A stretch of DNA of 64,000 nucleotides from contig JAJECV010000070.1 of the NCBI GenBank assembly GCA_022821875.1, positions 18,676 to 82,675 of the forward strand, given 5' to 3'. The notes beneath the pieces were generated by a model. It worked only from the letters and a program-made list of their open reading frames with translations, was not told the DNA's origin and ran no database searches. This document shows positions 19,144 through 27,642 of the stretch, piece by piece. This DNA is from Rhodothermales bacterium (lineage in GTDB: Bacteria > Bacteroidota > Rhodothermia > Rhodothermales > Bin80). Numbering within the stretch: the stretch's first letter is position 1; the number at the start of each line of letters is the position of its first letter. A program made the translations under genes and the position numbers.

Positions 19144-21033
19144 TGATTTTGCTATATGAATTTCAGGGGCGCTTCCCAAACTGCATCCGCAGGATTTTAT
19201 GGCCCAGCCAGGGGACTTTCTGACGCAATTCGGGGTATCCTGCTGCAATCAGGTAATTGTCATTTGCGCGTGCTCGGAATTGAACGACAATTTCATCTTT
19301 GGTAATGGTGACTTTGCCGGGGCGTTTTACGAGATCTCGGAAGATGGTCCGTTCCCCGGCATCTGCATAGGGTTTGCCAACCCGTGTTCCCAGGAGTCGA
19401 TAAAGTACACTGGCCATGACGGTCAGCTGCACATCCACATTGATGCGCATCGGAACGACCGAACTCAGTGCATCCATGTGAAAGAAGTTGATGGCATCGC
19501 TGATGACATTCTCCCTGACCATGCGCCGGGCATAGCGGTCAATGAGTTCCCCGGGATCCCGTTTCATCTGATTGGTGATCAGTACCATTGGCCTGTCATC
19601 CCCTGAATTCCTGATAAGCAGCTGCCGGATTGGATGGGGATAATCCCGTAGATGGATGGTCTCATCCACTACGCCGAGAGTTCGATACCTGCGTCCAGTG
19701 TTGCCCAGCCGGACATTCGTCCAGGCCGATTTGTCCAGAGAATGGATCCGCTGGATCAGGGAAGTATGGCAGCGGCGCAGCGTGATAAACGGAATCCCCA
19801 TCTGATTCAATGCTGCCAGGTTGGCATAGACGGTAAACCGGCTGTCAAAGACAAGTTCTTCGGGAACCGTCCCGGTTCGGGCCTCCCAGTCCCTGACGAA
19901 TGCGAGAACTGCATCGTTCCGGGTTTCCTTTCGGACGGCTGGGTCCGCATAACAAAAGATATTCAAATCGGCATCCCGTGCCAGCACGGTGAGGATTCCC
20001 CGCTGCCGCCGGCTTCGATTGGAGACAAAATGTTTCTCCACCAGGGCATGATCGCCATGACAGGGAATCGTATGAAAATCCAGATCAATTGAGTTTCCCC
20101 TGCCGACCACATTTGCAATGTTTGCGGCCGCATGATCCCACCGGTGCATGAGCGGTCCTGCAAATGCGGGATCCGCCAGGATCGAGTATTCGGTCAGTGC
20201 GGTGCATTTGGGAATGGCATTGAGTCCGGTAAACAGTGCAAGCCCTTCATCCAGGGATTCGGCCATGATCTGGGAGGGGCGACCGATCCCGTATAACTTC
20301 AGTGCCAGAAGCGAAAGCATCGCACATACCGCGGGGACCCTTTTCGCGCCGGGCATTTTGACCTGCTCCAGCATGTTCTTCAGATCCATCTGTGCCAAAT
20401 CAAAGGCAAATAAAAACAGGCCCGCAAAGTCGGTCGAAAAGGTCCGTTCGCTGAGATCCAGTTTCGTGCGATCCGCGGGAATCACCCGGGGGGAGCGCTC
20501 ATTCGCGGAGCGACGGGCAAGGCGTGGAATACGGTGCTGTTTGAAAATCTTCTGGATATAGCCCAGACTGGCAGGAATCCCTTCCTGTTTCAGGATTGCC
20601 TGAATTTCCTGAATGGAGCGGTTCTCTTCGCGTCGGAGGGCAAGAATGCGGGCAGGTCGGGGGTTGGGGGGCCTGTCGATGGGAGATACTTTCGTGGATT
20701 CCGGCCAAAAGAAGTGTGCGGAGCGGTTTTTTCGAAAGCTCGTCAATAGGTTTCGGAAGGATCCGGGAGTATAGCCGCCAATCTCGGCGGCTTCTTCAAT
20801 GGACGCACCTTCATGTTCATAGGCGCGAAGGGCTTCGTAGCGACGCATAGGGATACCCTCGGGCCGGGCAAAGAATTCAGAGCGGCGACTCATCTTAATC
20901 GTGAAATATGAAAAAATAGGCCATATATTAAAATAAAATGCAAGAATCGAATGTCTAGGAAGAGAAAAAAGTTTGATTCAGGGAGAGAAATCACCCAGCA
21001 GGGGGGAGTTATACGGCAAAATTCATAAAAATC
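19144..21033 (-). mobile_element. Candidate IS element (about 1.9 kb) around the transposase gene
   Basis: There are inverted matches: TGATTTTGCTATATGAATTT (19144-19163) versus the reverse complement of AAATTCATAAAAATCA (21018-21033), identical apart from a 4-nt indel. No clear target-site duplication was seen. Confidence 0.3.
19163..20893 (-). CDS. DDE transposase (IS4-superfamily-like; family not assigned)
   Basis: N-terminal HTH-like region, candidate catalytic 'SIDLDFH' and 'LARDADLNIFCYAD', and a Y-x2-R-x3-E pattern in 'DRYARRMVRENV'. It sits in a mobile-element context at 576 aa. Confidence 0.65.
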   Translation of the reverse strand: MSRRSEFFARPEGIPMRRYEALRAYEHEGASIEEAAEIGGYTPGSFRNLLTSFRKNRSAHFFWPESTKVSPIDRPPNPRPARILALRREENRSIQEIQAILKQEGIPASLGYIQKIFKQHRIPRLARRSANERSPRVIPADRTKLDLSERTFSTDFAGLFLFAFDLAQMDLKNMLEQVKMPGAKRVPAVCAMLSLLALKLYGIGRPSQIMAESLDEGLALFTGLNAIPKCTALTEYSILADPAFAGPLMHRWDHAAANIANVVGRGNSIDLDFHTIPCHGDHALVEKHFVSNRSRRQRGILTVLARDADLNIFCYADPAVRKETRNDAVLAFVRDWEARTGTVPEELVFDSRFTVYANLAALNQMGIPFITLRRCHTSLIQRIHSLDKSAWTNVRLGNTGRRYRTLGVVDETIHLRDYPHPIRQLLIRNSGDDRPMVLITNQMKRDPGELIDRYARRMVRENVISDAINFFHMDALSSVVPMRINVDVQLTVMASVLYRLLGTRVGKPYADAGERTIFRDLVKRPGKVTITKDEIVVQFRARANDNYLIAAGYPELRQKVPWLGHKILRMQFGKRP

Positions 21034-21324
21034 AGTCTGGAGAAATTTGGCAATGGGAAAATGCTTCTATAGAAGTGACCCTGTCTTCAAAAAATAGCTG
21101 CTGAAGGTATGTTTTGGCGGATTTTTCCGTGAGACCGGGCTCATCTTGAACTCCCTGGGAAATTCGGGCTGGACACGCGGCAGCGGACGTATCGCTTAAA
21201 CGGAGTCAACGGCTCGCAGGCGACTCATCCCCGTTTTTGCTGCCGATGCTGTGATTGTCATGTTCTTGCCGTTCTTGTAGTGTAATAGCAGGTTGTACTG
21301 CTGGTCTGTAATCATTTGCCCTCG

Positions 21325-21353
21325 CAAATTTGTGAATCAAATTCACTTATTTG
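21325..21353. promoter_or_regulatory. 29-bp imperfect palindrome (operator-like)
   Basis: In CAAATTTGTGAATcaaATTCACTTATTTG, 11 of 13 arm positions pair, with a perfect GTGAAT/ATTCAC core. It lies immediately left of the left ~70-bp direct repeat. Confidence 0.25.
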
Positions 21354-21359
21354 CCGAAG

Positions 21360-21426
21360 TCCTCATTTTGTCCCCCTTATGGATAACTCTAAGTGTCATC
21401 GAGAAAAAAGTTACTGACGCTAGACA
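21360..21426 (+). repeat. Left copy of ~70-bp direct repeat (candidate att site)
   Basis: TCCTCATTTTGTCCCCCTTATGGATAACTCTAAGTGTCATCGAGAAAAAAGTTACTGACGCTAGACA matches 23896-23966, apart from a few substitutions and small indels. Confidence 0.8.
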
Positions 21427-21505
21427 CCGACCCATTCTGGCGAAGTACTGGCCGGAAACCCCGCCGCCATGCGCTTATAAATGGAATCCATGACCTGCCC
21501 GCCCG

Positions 21506-21530
21506 CTGATCATTCCGTGTGTTTGCGGTC
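21506..21530 (+). repeat. 25-bp direct repeat, copy 1 (CTGATCATTCCGTGTGTTTGCGGTC)
   Basis: It recurs at 21961-21985 with 2 mismatches. The 12-nt core CATTCCGTGTGT recurs at 23543-23554, where it spans the recombinase ATG. Confidence 0.75.
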
Positions 21531-21709
21531 GGCGGGGAGCGGGCCGGCGGCAGGGATCACGGCGGAAGGAACGGAGTAGGAACCGGCGAAACCAAATAGA
21601 CAGGGGGAGGCCCCAGACAGCATGAAACGAAGCATCGCAACATTGACCATCGCCCTGCTGATCGGCGCAGGAACGGAAGCGGAGGCGCACCGCAGATACC
21701 GCAGGGGGA

Positions 21710-21964
21710 ATGCTGATGGATAAGGAAAAGAGAATCCAACGGCATGAAGATAGAATTCGGTTTCTAAAAAAGCGTTTATCAAAGCAAACGGAGGGATCAA
21801 ACGGATGGCGCAAGACTACGAAAAATCTTAGACGACTGGAAGCGGAATTGTACGCTATGAGGAATCCGGGAAAGGTTGAAAAAGGTTTCTTCAAGAGACA
21901 CAAAAAAAGAGATTATGAGATACCGACAGGAACGAAACCACCAAGCCCCCCAAACCTGATCTGA
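21710..21964 (+). CDS. Small basic ORF in a lower-GC insert; possible TnpB-type transposase-accessory remnant
   Basis: 'FLKKRLSKQTEGSNGWRKTTKNLRRLEAELYAMRN' loosely resembles the '...kkGSkn..K....larlh.ki.n.R' stretch of IS200/IS605 OrfB/TnpB proteins. No RuvC or Zn motifs are present. Confidence 0.2.
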   Translation: MLMDKEKRIQRHEDRIRFLKKRLSKQTEGSNGWRKTTKNLRRLEAELYAMRNPGKVEKGFFKRHKKRDYEIPTGTKPPSPPNLI

Positions 21965-21985
21965 TCATTCCGTGTGTCCGCGGTC
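21961..21985 (+). repeat. 25-bp direct repeat, copy 2
   Basis: CTGATCATTCCGTGTGTCCGCGGTC; see the copy at 21506-21530. Confidence 0.75.
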
Positions 21986-22016
21986 TGACGAAGACCCAGC
22001 CAGAGCCCCCCGCCGG

Positions 22017-22558
22017 TCATTTCGCGCCGGCATCGCGGAGCATGCCATAGACCGTCCCCACGCCGAGACCGGCCTTCCGGGCAATGTGAGGAACGGCAAG
22101 CCCCCGGCGGCGCAGCGCAACCAAGATCGCCATCGCACGGACATACCGCTCCATGACCGCCTTCCCCCCGGCGGCAACCAGCGATTCGGCGGTCTGCCCC
22201 GCCGTCCCTTCATCGGCCATGTCCAAGACGGCAACGGCAGCGCGGGCAAGACGAAGCAGGTGGTCAGGGCTGAACATGGCATCTTGCCGCTTCCCGGAAT
22301 ACTCGCCCCCGGCGGAGGTGTTGTAGCCGGCAGGAACCAGCGTCCCGCGGTCGGCGATTTCGCGCCGTTCTAGGTCGGTCGCTTCGTACACGCCGACCCC
22401 GGCATGAAGCACGGACACCGCAGGTTCGCCAAGGGGGAAGCCCAGCCGTCCGGCTTTGCGGTGCTCGGCAACCCGCCGTTCCACGTCATTGGATATGCCC
22501 ACATAGGCCAGGCCGCCGACCAATCAAGTAGATAGATCGCGTAGCGTTTCTTTGCCAT
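22017..22558 (-). pseudogene. GIY-YIG nuclease domain plus C-terminal HTH protein, split by a 1-nt frameshift
   Basis: 'MAKKRYAIYLLD' (ATG 22558) is in one frame. 'LVGGLAYVGISNDVERRVAEHR...IARKAGLGVGTVYGML' is in the adjacent frame. Together they give a complete GIY...YxG...R...H motif. Confidence 0.6.
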
Positions 22559-23545
22559 CACCCGGCCCTTCGGTGAAGCAGACGGGCAACGGCCCCGCGT
22601 TTCGCGGACTCGCCGCGGGCGTAGTGCGCGGGCATGGAGGGATCGGCCCACCGACCGGCGTTCTGCAGCTCAACCAGAGAAGCCCCGTTCGCGGCCAGCG
22701 ACTGCGCGGTTCCGATCCGGAAGGAATGGGAGGAACGGCACCGACCGTCATCGGGCAGGAAGTTGACCATGGCGGCCTTGAGAATTTCCTGCAGGCGGCG
22801 GGAGGAAACCCGGTCGGCTTTGATGGCATCCCCCCCGGTAGACCCGCGTGAAGACGGGCTGATCGGGGGCAAGGCCAAAGGAACCGTTGCCCGTCCCGAC
22901 GGCATCCTCCAGACGGCGGAGCCATTCGGAGAGTGCATGGAAGGCCCCCTCCCCGAAATAAAGCAGCGCCCCCTTGCCGGCCTGGTCGGTTTTGGAGGAA
23001 CGGACATGAAGCAGCCCCCCGTTGCCGTCATCATCGAAAGACAGGTCGCCGGCGTTGACGGCGGTGATTTCGGAAACTCTCAATAGGCAATCGGAGGCAA
23101 GGGCAATCGCGGCGGCATCGCGGAGGGAGGCAGAGGGGGCGTGGACGTTTTGCTTCTTGCACAGCGCGGTTGCCAGGCGCTGAGCGGCGTTCCACTTCAC
23201 GCCGGCGGACTGGCCCCGTCCGCGGTCACGGCCTGCCCGGATTGCGCCGGCCATTGCACGTTCGGAGAGCGGGCCGGCGGGGGAGGGATGCCCTGCCAGG
23301 CGGAGGATGAACTTCACGCCGGCGGCGTAGCAGCCGATGGAGGCAGGGGCCAGCCCCGCATCAAACAGGTTGCTGACCCAGCGGGCGAAGGCGGCATCGT
23401 CCAGGTCGTCCAGGTGGACGTTTTCGGACTGGAGCCAATCGGCGAAGCGGAGCCAGGCGCGGGAGTAGAGGCGGAACGTAGAGGGAGCGACCGACTGCTG
23501 AACGAGGTTTCGCAGTTCGGGGGAGGACTCCAGCGTGTCCAGCAT
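22558..23545 (-). pseudogene. Tyrosine recombinase/integrase, interrupted by a frameshift at a G7 run
   Basis: The N-terminal SAM-like domain and 'LLRVSEI' (Arg I) are in the frame of ORF 22748..23620. 'HSFRIGTAQSL...GRWADPSMPAHYAR' (H-x-x-R, W, Y) is in the frame of ORF 22558..23034. The frames meet at CCCCCCC (22830-22836). Confidence 0.75.
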
Positions 23546-23895
23546 TCCGTGTGTGCCGGATGGGGCGGGGAGCGTGTTGGTCATTGGATTAGGTGGTTTG
23601 AGGAAGGGGAAGCCCTGCACACCGCAGTTCCTCTGCGCCGTGGGAAAAATAGATGGCGAACCAGCGGGAGGTCATGGCGAGTGCTTTGGATGCACCGACC
23701 CGGCGAACCAGTTCGATCTCCATATCGGCGTGGATCGCGGCGACTTCCTGACCGAGGGCATCCCAGGGCCAGACACAGCATTCATTGAGCGGCAAACCGC
23801 AGAAGGAGGATCGGGCAACCCGGTAAGCCAGTTCGTGATCGTCCACAAGGCTGAACGGGGCCAGGTTGGGATAGCCCGGTGGTTTCCGAGGAGAT

Positions 23896-23966
23896 TCCTC
23901 AATTTGTCCCCTTATGGAGAACGCTAGGTGTCAGTCATCAAGAGAAAAAGTTACTGACGCTAGACA
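23896..23966 (+). repeat. Right copy of ~70-bp direct repeat (candidate att site)
   Basis: TCCTCAATTTGTCCCCTTATGGAGAACGCTAGGTGTCAGTCATCAAGAGAAAAAGTTACTGACGCTAGACA. It overlaps the 3' end of minus-strand ORF 23938..24267. Confidence 0.8.
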
Positions 23967-24267
23967 TGGATGTATAGACAAGTAGGTGGTGGATGGATTG
24001 TTTCATTAGGTTTGCTCCCACTGCCAATTTTTTCGTCCGTACCTTTGCCCGATCCGATCCGCTTCTGCTTGGTCGCTGAACTCTTGTCTGCCAACACTCA
24101 TCCGTGCTCCAAGGTAAGGAACTGACGATATCTTCAAACGTATTGATCCCGATGAATCCCGGGTTCACGCCAACAGGTTTTTGATCACTGATACAGCCCC
24201 TCACAGGGTAGAACTGAAACGGTGCATGCTCACCGTGGGCTACATTGGAGGGTTTCGTTTGATCCAT
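23938..24267 (-). CDS. Hypothetical protein whose 3' end lies in the right direct repeat (possible integration target)
   Basis: ORF only, with no recognisable motif. The last 9 codons (MSSVSNFFS*) are encoded by the repeat, and the left repeat encodes a variant of the same peptide (VSSVSNFFLDDT*). Confidence 0.25.
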   Translation of the reverse strand: MDQTKPSNVAHGEHAPFQFYPVRGCISDQKPVGVNPGFIGINTFEDIVSSLPWSTDECWQTRVQRPSRSGSDRAKVRTKKLAVGANLMKQSIHHLLVYTSMSSVSNFFS

Positions 24268-24686
24268 GGAGAAGCGATCTGGCAGTCATGACGACAGTCT
24301 AGTCTATATTCGCGTGTTTGACCCCGAGGGGCGGTAACGCATGACTTCGGGTTTTCCCGAAGTCAACTACTAGACAACGCGTGTTCACCAGTCCAACGAA
24401 CCGGCTAACGCAATGGACATTATGGGAGCACCAATCGTGCCAGTCGCTTCTCCATAAATCACGACACTGACCCAAATATAACGCAAATTTAATTAATCGG
24501 CTCAATCAAGGTTGATTGGTGGCTTTGCGTCTCCAGGAAAACCGCAAATTCATGGGACCGCCACGGGGCGGCCATTGACTCTGAAGAGATCTTCCTTCAT
24601 TATATTCCCGCACACGGCGGGCAGCATGTGTGTTATATTATCGTTCATCAGCCGTCACTTTATCGCCAGAAAACACCCTACATACC

Positions 24687-25838
24687 ATGAACTCCAAAAC
24701 TCGGAAGAACAATCTCCCTGCTCCATTACTCCTTATCTGCATTCTCCTCGCTGCTGGATGCGGGCGCAATACGGGCCCCGTAGAACAAGAAGAAACCAAT
24801 TGGATTGCATTAGAAGAGAACTTTCGGATTGGTGATGAGTCTGTCGGGGACACGATCATCTTCGGGCCAATCAATAAAATCATCGTCAATCATCGCGGTG
24901 AGATCATCGTAGCAGAAAGGCGGCCCTTATTGGTGAGCCTGTTCGGGGCAGACGGTGCCTACCAGCGCCTAGTCGGGGGATATGGCGAAGGACCGGGACA
25001 GTACCAATACCTGGGGGGTGCGGCCCTCGGGGCCGCAGACTCTGTATATCTGTGGGAATTCTCGAAAAACCAGATCATGGTCTATGATCCGGCGGACTTC
25101 GCCTATGTGCGCAGCATTGAGGTGAAGGATGACGGGGAGAAACAGTTCAATGCTCTGGTCGGTGCCGTTGATCATGGCTGGATCATGGCGAAGAGTTTAC
25201 CTCCTTTTCTGGAATCTGACGACGGTTCCATGACCCCGAACACGGATCTTCGCTATGAACTGCTCAAGGTCAGTCTGGATGGGACCTACGGCACCGACCT
25301 TTTGTCCACGGTGTCCCAAAATGAAATGATCTTTGGCCCCCGGGAAGGCGGCGGGTTCAACTTTTTTCCCGTTCCATTTGGACGCTCACCGGCCGTCGCC
25401 ATCGGCTACGATGATGTACTCTACTACGGTTGGAATGACGTAATTGAAATTGCGACCGTATCTGCGGATGGATCCCTGCGGGATACCATCCGCTACAAGC
25501 ATGATCCCGTGCCCGTCACGGATTCGGAAATGACGGACGCAACCCCGGAATTTCCCGCCTACCGGGAGTTAGTGGAATCCCATGACCCGCATGAGACGAA
25601 GCCGGCATTTCAAACGTTTGTGGTGGATGAGATGGGCCGTGTGTGGATCAAACTCAGTACTCCCGAGGATGCAGAGGAGGCCGAATGGCTGATCCTGAAC
25701 CGGGAATCTCACACAGTTGGCCGTACTGTCCTGCCCGCTGCCGTGGAACTTGAAGTGATTCAGGGCGGCTACGCCTACGGCATACACCATGAAAGGGATG
25801 CGGCCCCCATGGTTGTCGTTTACAGGATCCAGGAATGA
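24687..25838 (+). CDS. Beta-propeller (6-bladed/NHL-like) lipoprotein, paralog 2
   Basis: Lipobox 'LLAAGC' and 'GGYGEGPGQYQY'. It is collinear with the 17820..18989 product. The start ATG 24687 (MNSKTRKNN) is preferred over the ORF-track start. Confidence 0.6.
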   Translation: MNSKTRKNNLPAPLLLICILLAAGCGRNTGPVEQEETNWIALEENFRIGDESVGDTIIFGPINKIIVNHRGEIIVAERRPLLVSLFGADGAYQRLVGGYGEGPGQYQYLGGAALGAADSVYLWEFSKNQIMVYDPADFAYVRSIEVKDDGEKQFNALVGAVDHGWIMAKSLPPFLESDDGSMTPNTDLRYELLKVSLDGTYGTDLLSTVSQNEMIFGPREGGGFNFFPVPFGRSPAVAIGYDDVLYYGWNDVIEIATVSADGSLRDTIRYKHDPVPVTDSEMTDATPEFPAYRELVESHDPHETKPAFQTFVVDEMGRVWIKLSTPEDAEEAEWLILNRESHTVGRTVLPAAVELEVIQGGYAYGIHHERDAAPMVVVYRIQE

Positions 25839-25943
25839 GTTGAATACACACGCCGCATCCAGACGGGCCAAAACCTCTACGAGTGTTGCACCAGTGCACT
25901 TTTTGTATGGAAGTTTGGGGGCAAACTGAACCATCCCCCTCAA

Positions 25944-27332
25944 TCAGCGCCCAAGTGCCTTCAGCATACTTTTCGTTGATGTGAATTTCACTCGGGGGCG
26001 ACCCAAAGCATCGCCGGCGGCGATTTCCAGGCGATCCAGTTCCGTCCAGTCCTCCCACCGAAACACATTTCCGCACCGATCCTCCAACAGGCGGTCAACC
26101 GATTCAGGATCTGTGTGATCAGGATCAAAACAGTGACCGGCTTCCAGATCTTCCAGCATGCACCGTACGGTTTCCATCGCATCCGGCTTATTTGTGCCGA
26201 TCACCCCGGTAGGCCCCCGCTTGATCCATCCTCCTACATAGACACCACTGGAAATCCCGTTACCGGTGACTCTCCCCTCTTCACTCGGGATCACCGCCCA
26301 GTCATCCCTGAACGGAAGTCCGGGAAGCGGCACGCCCCGATATCCCACGGATCGAAATACAACTTCTGCAGGTAACTCCTCGGTCGTGGCCGTCGGCACC
26401 GGGCGTAAACGATCTCCATCTGCTGCGAGTGTATTTCTGCGCAGGGTTACCCCGCCGACTCCACCCGCCCCGTCGTCATGCAACACCTCAGGGGAGACCA
26501 AAAAGCGCAGCGACAGGCGACGCGGTTTCTGGCCACCTGTCTTTTTTGCAAGTCCCTGAATGAGTTCCACTTTCTTCGCCGTCAGCCGATTGCCATGGGC
26601 GGCCATCCATGCTTCGGACCCTGGATCTAGTTCTGCTTCCCTTTCGGGGATAAAAATATCCGCACCGGGCAGTTCGCCGAGCTCTTTGGCTTCGGGATGG
26701 GTAAAGGCTGCCTGCGCGGGCCCTCGCCTGCCCAGCATATAAACTTCGCGCACCTGACTTTCTGCCAATGCTTCCAGGGCATAATCCGCAATGTCTGTTC
26801 GCTTTAACTCGTCCACCGTGCGGCAGAGGATTCGGCAGACATCCACTGCCACATTCCCGACTCCTACCACTGCAACACATCGTCTGGACAGGTCAAACTG
26901 CAGATCCGTATAATCCGGGTGACCGTTATACCAGGCAACAAAATCCGTCGCCGAGTAACTGCGCTGTAAATCCTCGCCAGAGATATTGAGTCTGCGATCC
27001 ACCTGTGCACCTGTGGAAAAGTAGACCTGATGATAATGACTGCTCAAATCCTCAAGACCAATATCTTTGCCATACTCAACATTGCCAAAAAACCGAAACC
27101 CTTCCTGTGCAGCAGTTTTTGCATACACACGCGTCACATTCTTGATCTTCTGATGATCCGGGGCAACGCCGCTGCGAACAAGCCCGTAGGGAACGGGCAG
27201 TTTGTCAAATATGTCTACCGTTACGACGTGAGATTTTTGCTTCAGCAGGTGTCCTGCGGCATAGAATCCTGCCGGACCGGCTCCGATGATTGCAACCCTG
27301 AAGGGGGTTTCGGTATTTTCAATGGTGGTCAT
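25944..27332 (-). CDS. FprA/adrenodoxin-reductase-type NADPH:ferredoxin oxidoreductase
   Basis: FAD motif 'RVAIIGAGPAGFYAA', 'GLVRSGVAPDH', and NADP motif 'VAVVGVGNVAVDVCR'. At 462 aa it has the typical length. Confidence 0.8.
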   Translation of the reverse strand: MTTIENTETPFRVAIIGAGPAGFYAAGHLLKQKSHVVTVDIFDKLPVPYGLVRSGVAPDHQKIKNVTRVYAKTAAQEGFRFFGNVEYGKDIGLEDLSSHYHQVYFSTGAQVDRRLNISGEDLQRSYSATDFVAWYNGHPDYTDLQFDLSRRCVAVVGVGNVAVDVCRILCRTVDELKRTDIADYALEALAESQVREVYMLGRRGPAQAAFTHPEAKELGELPGADIFIPEREAELDPGSEAWMAAHGNRLTAKKVELIQGLAKKTGGQKPRRLSLRFLVSPEVLHDDGAGGVGGVTLRRNTLAADGDRLRPVPTATTEELPAEVVFRSVGYRGVPLPGLPFRDDWAVIPSEEGRVTGNGISSGVYVGGWIKRGPTGVIGTNKPDAMETVRCMLEDLEAGHCFDPDHTDPESVDRLLEDRCGNVFRWEDWTELDRLEIAAGDALGRPRVKFTSTKSMLKALGR

Positions 27333-27642
27333 GTTCTGTCGGGGGATTTTCAGCCCATTATCTGCAAAAGTATGCCATTGTTATGAAAACTGGGCAATCG
27401 TAGTACAATACTCTGACGACACATAAGGATAGGCATTCTTAGAAGTACCGGAGATACGGTCAACTGTCTACGGGGAGGATGACTCTGGATAATTCACTGG
27501 CATTGGATCGTTAAATCCACGGCGGCAAGCTGCCTGCTCCTTGAAGCATCATTCTCGAAAAATGTGTCTGATTTGACTGCCAATATCTCAGAATTCACTA
27601 TAATACAGTTCTTATTCAATCCTTGTCTCTGTGCTGATCGTG

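Larger units (their letters stand above)
21360..23966 (-). mobile_element. Very GC-rich ~2.6-kb integrative-element remnant bounded by the ~70-bp direct repeats
   Basis: Direct repeats lie at both ends. The interior carries a tyrosine recombinase and a GIY-YIG/HTH gene coupled by a TGATG overlap, both frameshifted. The interior is visibly far more GC-rich than its flanks. Confidence 0.5.

Noticed and set aside
21475-23927. Numerous overlapping ORFs on both strands in the GC-rich element (e.g. 21475..21903, 22524..22925, 23141..23788, 23535..23927)
   Set aside because: At this GC content stop codons are rare in all frames. Only the recombinase and GIY-YIG frames carry motifs. ORF 23589..23846, upstream of the recombinase, is possible but unsupported.
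24343-24364. Perfect 9-bp stem/4-nt loop hairpin GACTTCGGGTTTTCCCGAAGTC
   Set aside because: It was considered as an intrinsic terminator or RNA element. No U-tract follows on either strand and no gene ends nearby, so its function cannot be assigned from sequence.
20894-24630. Search for a tRNA/tmRNA gene as the integration target of the mobile elements (also checked at 27333-27630, 48385-49244, 53701-54013 and 58012-59126)
   Set aside because: No cloverleaf-compatible sequence or GTTCGAATC-type T-arm was found by eye. A tRNAscan run would be needed to be certain.
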